A stretch of DNA of 64,000 nt from the NCBI GenBank assembly GCA_964347245.1, contig CAYFXZ010000002.1, positions 11,529-75,528 on the forward strand, given 5' to 3'. The position numbers and the translations under genes were made by a program. The DNA is from an uncultured Candidatus Bathyarchaeia archaeon. Lineage in GTDB: Archaea; Thermoproteota; Bathyarchaeia; Bathyarchaeales; Bathycorpusculaceae. Shown in pieces: positions 59,349-64,000 of this stretch. Under the pieces are notes generated by a model, which did not search any database, was not told where the DNA came from, and saw only the letters and a program-made list of their open reading frames with translations. Position 1 is the first letter of the stretch. Every line of letters begins with the position of its first letter.

Positions 59349-59843
59349 ATGGATATTGCCTTTTTAATCGTTAAAGCAATAACGTTCATATTCCCTGCTT
59401 ATTGCGCAAACGCCGTGCCGGTTCTAGCTGGAGGCGGGCTTGAGATGGATTTGGGAAAAAATTTTGTAGATGGGAAGCGAGTTTTCGGGAACAATAAAAC
59501 TTTCAGAGGATTTTTTTTCGGCTTAGCAGTCGGTGTAGGAGTTGGTCTAGTTGAGTGGATTCTTTTCGAATATCCTTTTCTGTTCAGTTTACTTACACCA
59601 TTGGGCGCTCTTCTAGGAGATTTAGCCGCAGCATTTCTGAAAAGGCGATTAGGAATTGCGCCTGGCGGTCTGTTCCCTATCGTAGATCAAGTTGACTTCG
59701 TGGTAGGTGCCATCGTTTTCGCTTTGCCCTTAGCGATGGTATACTGGGAGCTAGTGGTTGCGACTCTCCTAATTACGCCGCCTATTCACCTACTCACGAA
59801 TTTTGGAGCGTACAAGTTAAAATTGAAAAAAAATCCTTGGTGA
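59349..59843 (+). CDS. carS: CDP-archaeol synthase
   Basis: PAYCANAVPVLAGGG...GKNFVDGKRVFGNNKTFRG and PIVDQVDF motifs of the DUF46/CarS family. Confidence 0.85.
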   Translation: MDIAFLIVKAITFIFPAYCANAVPVLAGGGLEMDLGKNFVDGKRVFGNNKTFRGFFFGLAVGVGVGLVEWILFEYPFLFSLLTPLGALLGDLAAAFLKRRLGIAPGGLFPIVDQVDFVVGAIVFALPLAMVYWELVVATLLITPPIHLLTNFGAYKLKLKKNPW

Positions 59844-59848
59844 GTGGA

Positions 59849-60286
59849 TCATGTGCCCAATTTAATTAGGATTGCTTCTTCTAGGAATATGTAGGCTAAT
59901 AGCAAAAGAGCGACGCCTATAACTAGCCACATGTACGCTTGTCTCGGTTTAAAGGCATATTTTGTGCTTTGGTAAATAGCAAATAAGCCAGCGAATCCGA
60001 TTGCGTAGAGCATGACTGAGATCACGGTGTCGGCAACGAATTGTTGTCCAAGTTCAGGGTAAAGAAAAAGGAAACCTCGACCCTCTATGTAGAACGAGGG
60101 TAGAGGCGATGAAATAATAGTGTATAAACCCCCACCGAAGAGGAAAATTGCGTATCCAATAGCAACTATCGAAATAACGAGAGACGACGGTTTTGTACTT
60201 GAGAGTTTATCAAACCAACGGCTAAGCGAAAAAGACATCGATGATGTTTGCTTCTTAAATTTCTTCGCCATTGCTTCTTTCCTCAT
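59849..60286 (-). CDS. Membrane protein (3-4 TM), unknown function
   Basis: Basic N-terminus followed by hydrophobic helices. Overlaps the upstream small gene. Confidence 0.55.
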   Translation of the reverse strand: MRKEAMAKKFKKQTSSMSFSLSRWFDKLSSTKPSSLVISIVAIGYAIFLFGGGLYTIISSPLPSFYIEGRGFLFLYPELGQQFVADTVISVMLYAIGFAGLFAIYQSTKYAFKPRQAYMWLVIGVALLLLAYIFLEEAILIKLGT

Positions 60287-60488
60287 TTTTAATTAGGTAG
60301 TTAGCTACTTCTTTAGCCCATTCTCCTGTTACAGGATTGTGCTCAATCTCACTTAAATATTCTCTCCAAGAAATAGCTAAAGCCATTGTCCAGCAACCAT
60401 ACTTTTCAACTATGTTCTCATAAGCTTTCAAGTGTCTCTCGCAAAAATTATCTTCAAAAACCTCACGATCACACGCTTTACATTTCAC
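60255..60488 (-). CDS. Small Cys-containing (putative zinc-binding) protein
   Basis: MKCKACDREVFEDNFCERH (CxxC...CxxH). Overlaps the topA stop by 11 nt. Confidence 0.5.
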   Translation of the reverse strand: MKCKACDREVFEDNFCERHLKAYENIVEKYGCWTMALAISWREYLSEIEHNPVTGEWAKEVANYLIKNEERSNGEEI

Positions 60489-62565
60489 TTTTTTTCCTCC
60501 GCTCTTCTTTCGAAGGACATTCAGGATTGAAACAAAAATTCCAAGAACGATTTCCCCTAATCAAGATTCGGACAGTTACCCAGCCACAGCTTTTGCAAAT
60601 AATTCCCATCGACTTCGTTTCGCCTTTCTGCGGAAGAGGAAATGATGTTTTGCATTTGCCTTCGAAGTAGTTTGTGCAGCCAATGAAACGTTTTCTCGTT
60701 TTTTTCGAGTGCAAAATCAATAGCTTTCCATTTTTACACACGGGACACATGCCGATTAGCCGATCTTTGAAAAGCGCTTTCATTAAGGCTTGGCTTAAAC
60801 GTGCGCCAATTATATGTTCTTTTTCTTTCAGTTGCTTAGTCACTGGCTTCAGGATTTCAATTGTGTCATGCAAGACTTCTTCCCCTGTTTCGTTTCCTTG
60901 TTGAATCTCGTTCAATCTTTTCTCAAGCTTTCGGGTCAAATCTAGAGTTACAATGATTGGACAGTATTTTTTAAGAACATCAATAACTTCGAACCCAAGG
61001 TCAGTAACCACCATTCTTTCCCCGCGAATGTACTTGCGGCTGTTTAAGGTTTGGATGACTCCCGCGCGGGTTGTTTTGGTGCCGATTTCTTCCTTTTCCA
61101 TTCGCTTCAGAAGACTGCTTGGATTGTATCTAGATGGTGGAGTAGTAAAATTGTTTTCCAACATTATTTGTTCGACACTGACTTCCTCTCCTTGCTCCAT
61201 CAAAGGCAATGGATCATACTCCGACTTGGCATAGGGTGAGTAGAAGCGCAACCAGCCTTCTTTTAATATTCGCTTTCCTTTCAGCTGAAATCTGTTGTCG
61301 TTTATATTGATAACTGCTTCAGTAATCTGCATTTGAGCAGGTTCGACAAAAACCGACATAAACCTTCTGATTACGAGTTCCCAAATTTTTCTTTCAACAC
61401 TGCTTAGCCTACTTTCAGGCTGGTTTCCAGTTGGGTAAATGGCGGGGTGAGCAGGATCCATCTTTTTTCCTTCTATGGGCTTCAACGCTGATTTAGCGAG
61501 AAGCTCCTGAGTTTCTTGTTTATATTTTGGGATTCTGCTAATATTCTTCAATATTGCTTTGTAGTCGATTGTGGGCGGTAGTTTTTGACTACTAGTTCTT
61601 GGATACGAGATTAACGCCGCCAAGTACAAGCTTTGAGCAATTTTTAAAGTACGTATTGGTGTATACCTAAAAAGGCGGTAGGCTTCACTTTGTAGCGAAC
61701 CCAAATCAAAAGGCAAAGGCGGCTGTTCTTGAAACTTTTTAATCGATACTTTTTCTATTATAGCGTCTTTTTTTCGGCAGTTATTAGTTATTGTTTCGGC
61801 TTCTGTCTTAGCTACTACTGGATTTTTTTCGTATTTCGCTATGAAAGATGCACGATCAAGTATAACTTTGGCTTTTATGCTCCAATAGGGGGTTGGAACA
61901 AAACATTTTATGCTTCTTTCCCTTGCTTCAAGGAACTTGAGCGTTGGACCCTGAACTCTGCCAGTGCTAAGGGTAACATATTTTCCACTATAGTTTTTAG
62001 CTGCCCTCGTCAAAGCTCTTGACAGGTTTATGCCATACAACCAATCCACTTCATGCCGTGTAAGTCCGGCCTCTACTAGTGCAAAATCCAAACTAGGTAA
62101 CATTTCAGTGTAGGATTTTTCAATCTCCTCTTTTGTAAGAGTCGAGTACTTCATTCTTTGCGCAGTGTTTTCCTTGCCGTTGCAAGCATACTTTAGGATT
62201 GAATGGCCAATTATACTTCCTTCAATGTCGTAGTCGCATGCATCAACAAATTTGTCTGCGGTTTCTGCTAGTTTAGAAATAACCTTAAGCCAAGTATGAG
62301 TCCGTGATGCACCACGTTCAGCCAAATACCGTGGAATCCACCGAAAATCGAAAACTGGATAGCCCTTTTGGCCTCTTTTTTTTCCTGCAACCGTATAAAG
62401 GTGACCTAAACCTGGAACTACAACTATGCACTTGTTTCTTTTTGCTACATAATAGGGAACGCCGTTCTCCTCTTTCTTTTTGGTTTTTCCTTTCAAGTCT
62501 AAAGCCAAGGCTATCCTTCTAGCCGCATCAGGCTTCTCAGTTATTATCAGCGTGTACCTTCTCAA
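60478..62565 (-). CDS. topA: Type IA DNA topoisomerase (TopA/Topo III-like) with C-terminal zinc ribbons
   Basis: Toprim LIITEKPDAA, active-site Tyr context ISYPRTSSQ, C-terminal CPVCKNG...C and CKSCG zinc ribbons. Confidence 0.92.
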   Translation of the reverse strand: MRRYTLIITEKPDAARRIALALDLKGKTKKKEENGVPYYVAKRNKCIVVVPGLGHLYTVAGKKRGQKGYPVFDFRWIPRYLAERGASRTHTWLKVISKLAETADKFVDACDYDIEGSIIGHSILKYACNGKENTAQRMKYSTLTKEEIEKSYTEMLPSLDFALVEAGLTRHEVDWLYGINLSRALTRAAKNYSGKYVTLSTGRVQGPTLKFLEARERSIKCFVPTPYWSIKAKVILDRASFIAKYEKNPVVAKTEAETITNNCRKKDAIIEKVSIKKFQEQPPLPFDLGSLQSEAYRLFRYTPIRTLKIAQSLYLAALISYPRTSSQKLPPTIDYKAILKNISRIPKYKQETQELLAKSALKPIEGKKMDPAHPAIYPTGNQPESRLSSVERKIWELVIRRFMSVFVEPAQMQITEAVININDNRFQLKGKRILKEGWLRFYSPYAKSEYDPLPLMEQGEEVSVEQIMLENNFTTPPSRYNPSSLLKRMEKEEIGTKTTRAGVIQTLNSRKYIRGERMVVTDLGFEVIDVLKKYCPIIVTLDLTRKLEKRLNEIQQGNETGEEVLHDTIEILKPVTKQLKEKEHIIGARLSQALMKALFKDRLIGMCPVCKNGKLLILHSKKTRKRFIGCTNYFEGKCKTSFPLPQKGETKSMGIICKSCGWVTVRILIRGNRSWNFCFNPECPSKEERRKKSEM

Positions 62566-62726
62566 CTAGAACCACACCTGAGCATTGAAAGCCTTTCCTC
62601 AAAAAAATACCGCTTGGCATTGCTAAATACGTTGCGAGGAGAAAATATCGTTCTGATTATCGTTTAACAGAAAGTCTTAACTTCTATTCGTACAAGAATA
62701 GACGGTTAAAAACGGATGGTTTCAGT

Positions 62727-63935
62727 TTGGATCCAGCTGTAATGGCTTTCCTTGTTGCGGCAGTGATTATCGTTCTCGGCTTTTTAGGTGAAGAGTTTTT
62801 CAAACGTACAAGTATTCCTGATTCGATCCTTTTGCTGCTGTTCGGAGTGTTGTTGGGACCGATTTTTCAACTTTTCGCTCACGAAGAACTACTTGCGATT
62901 ACACCCTATTTCGCTGCTTTAGCACTTATCATCATTCTGTTTGATGGCGGCTTAAACATGGATATACGCGAAGCTTTCAGGAACAGTCCAAGAGCGTTGG
63001 TGTTGGGAATTACTGGATTTACATTAAACGTGTTAGTAACGGCTGCTGTCTGCAAATACTTTCTCGGTTGGCGTCTTCTTAATGGTTTGCTTTTGGGCAG
63101 TATCGTAGGCGGTGGCAGCTCAATAATAGTGATAGCTTTAATTAGAAAACTGAAAGTTACTGAAAAAATTGAAACAGTGCTCAGTCTTGAATCCATTTTG
63201 ACTGACGTTCTATGTACAGTAGGCGCTTTTACAGCGATGAATATTTTGCTCCAAGAAATGACCGCGGAAGGTGTCTCTGGTGGTATTGATATGTACGCCG
63301 CTTTAGGTTCTGTTGGAACAGCATTCGGAGTAGGCATACTTGTAGGTTTAGGTTTTGGCGTCGCATGGCTTGTTTTATTGGAAAGAATTAAGGGAAAACC
63401 CAACGCTTACATGTTAACCTTAGCTATGCTATTTCTGACTTTCGTTGTAGCTACAAACCTAGGAGGAAATGGCGCACTTTCAGCTTTGTTTTTTGGCTTG
63501 ATGATTGGCAATTCTCGTCACATTGCAAGATTGCTGAAATTCAGGACTACAATCTCTATCGACGACAATGTGCGCGACTTTCATTGTCAGATAAGCTTTC
63601 TAATTCGTTCCTTCTTCTTTGTTTTTACAGGTCTCCTGTTCAGCTTAGAAGAATTTACATCAGTCCTTATAGGCCTAGTCTTGTCCTTCACCTTTCTGGG
63701 AATCCGCTTTGTAGTTATTAAAATGGCCACTGTCAAATCCGAGTTGAAAGCCTACGAAACTTTAATGACGGTGATGTTTCCCCGTGGTTTAGCCGCAGCG
63801 GTATTAGCTTCAATACCTCTCACATCCGGTGTGCCTGGCTCTGAGATTTTTCCAGAAATCGCGTTTATAGTAATCCTAACTACAATAATAGTCTGCACAA
63901 TCGGGGTTGCTGTGCTCAAGAAACGCCAATCTTGA
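62727..63935 (+). CDS. Na+/H+ (CPA1, NhaP-type) cation:proton antiporter
   Basis: About 11-12 TM helices and an IIILFDGGLNMD motif typical of CPA1 exchangers. Confidence 0.82.
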   Translation: MDPAVMAFLVAAVIIVLGFLGEEFFKRTSIPDSILLLLFGVLLGPIFQLFAHEELLAITPYFAALALIIILFDGGLNMDIREAFRNSPRALVLGITGFTLNVLVTAAVCKYFLGWRLLNGLLLGSIVGGGSSIIVIALIRKLKVTEKIETVLSLESILTDVLCTVGAFTAMNILLQEMTAEGVSGGIDMYAALGSVGTAFGVGILVGLGFGVAWLVLLERIKGKPNAYMLTLAMLFLTFVVATNLGGNGALSALFFGLMIGNSRHIARLLKFRTTISIDDNVRDFHCQISFLIRSFFFVFTGLLFSLEEFTSVLIGLVLSFTFLGIRFVVIKMATVKSELKAYETLMTVMFPRGLAAAVLASIPLTSGVPGSEIFPEIAFIVILTTIIVCTIGVAVLKKRQS

Positions 63936-64000
63936 TTTCAAGAAGCTAAATTGACCTAAAGGCTGATTACTTCAACTGGAAGTTAGTAACCAATAAATAT

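Overview
This is a densely coding archaeal chromosomal segment. Archaeal markers include an archaeal-type SRP (7S) RNA with a TATA box at about -29/-24, pantoate kinase, archaeal PPAT, CDP-archaeol synthase, RadB, XPD and stalk protein P1. About 70 genes are supported, mostly housekeeping: pstA-pstB-phoU, a CoA-pathway pair, purA, an HtrA protease, hcp with a Bat-type HTH regulator, a KamA-like radical SAM gene next to MscS, a complete trpEGDCFBA operon, cutA, trmO, a PGI/PMI isomerase, inositol-1-phosphate synthase, smc-scpA-scpB, metY-metX-metW with a divergent HTH-CBS regulator, an AbrB-like/arsM pair, nth-xpd, radB, carS, topA and an NhaP antiporter. By eye I found no rRNA, tRNA, CRISPR array, transposase or integrase. 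Three things stand out. (1) A five-gene minus-strand operon (47.2-51.7 kb) combines two different BcrA/BcrD-type electron-activating ATPases, one HgdB/double-cubane-like Fe-S subunit, a ferredoxin and a NapH-like membrane polyferredoxin; its substrate is unknown. (2) Several genes (trpE, metX, the second ATPase, the ferredoxin) have conserved N-terminal coding sequence upstream of any ATG/GTG/TTG. Three of them have an ATA/ATC/ATT codon at normal Shine-Dalgarno spacing. Other genes are frameshifted at simple repeats, so this is either non-canonical initiation/recoding or indel error in the assembly. (3) A small AbrB-fold protein with two vicinal Cys-Cys pairs is coupled to arsM. An accessory-looking stretch (38-47 kb) holds small membrane, secreted, zinc-finger and Fe-S proteins of unknown function. 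All functional calls rest on motif recognition by eye; no database search was run.
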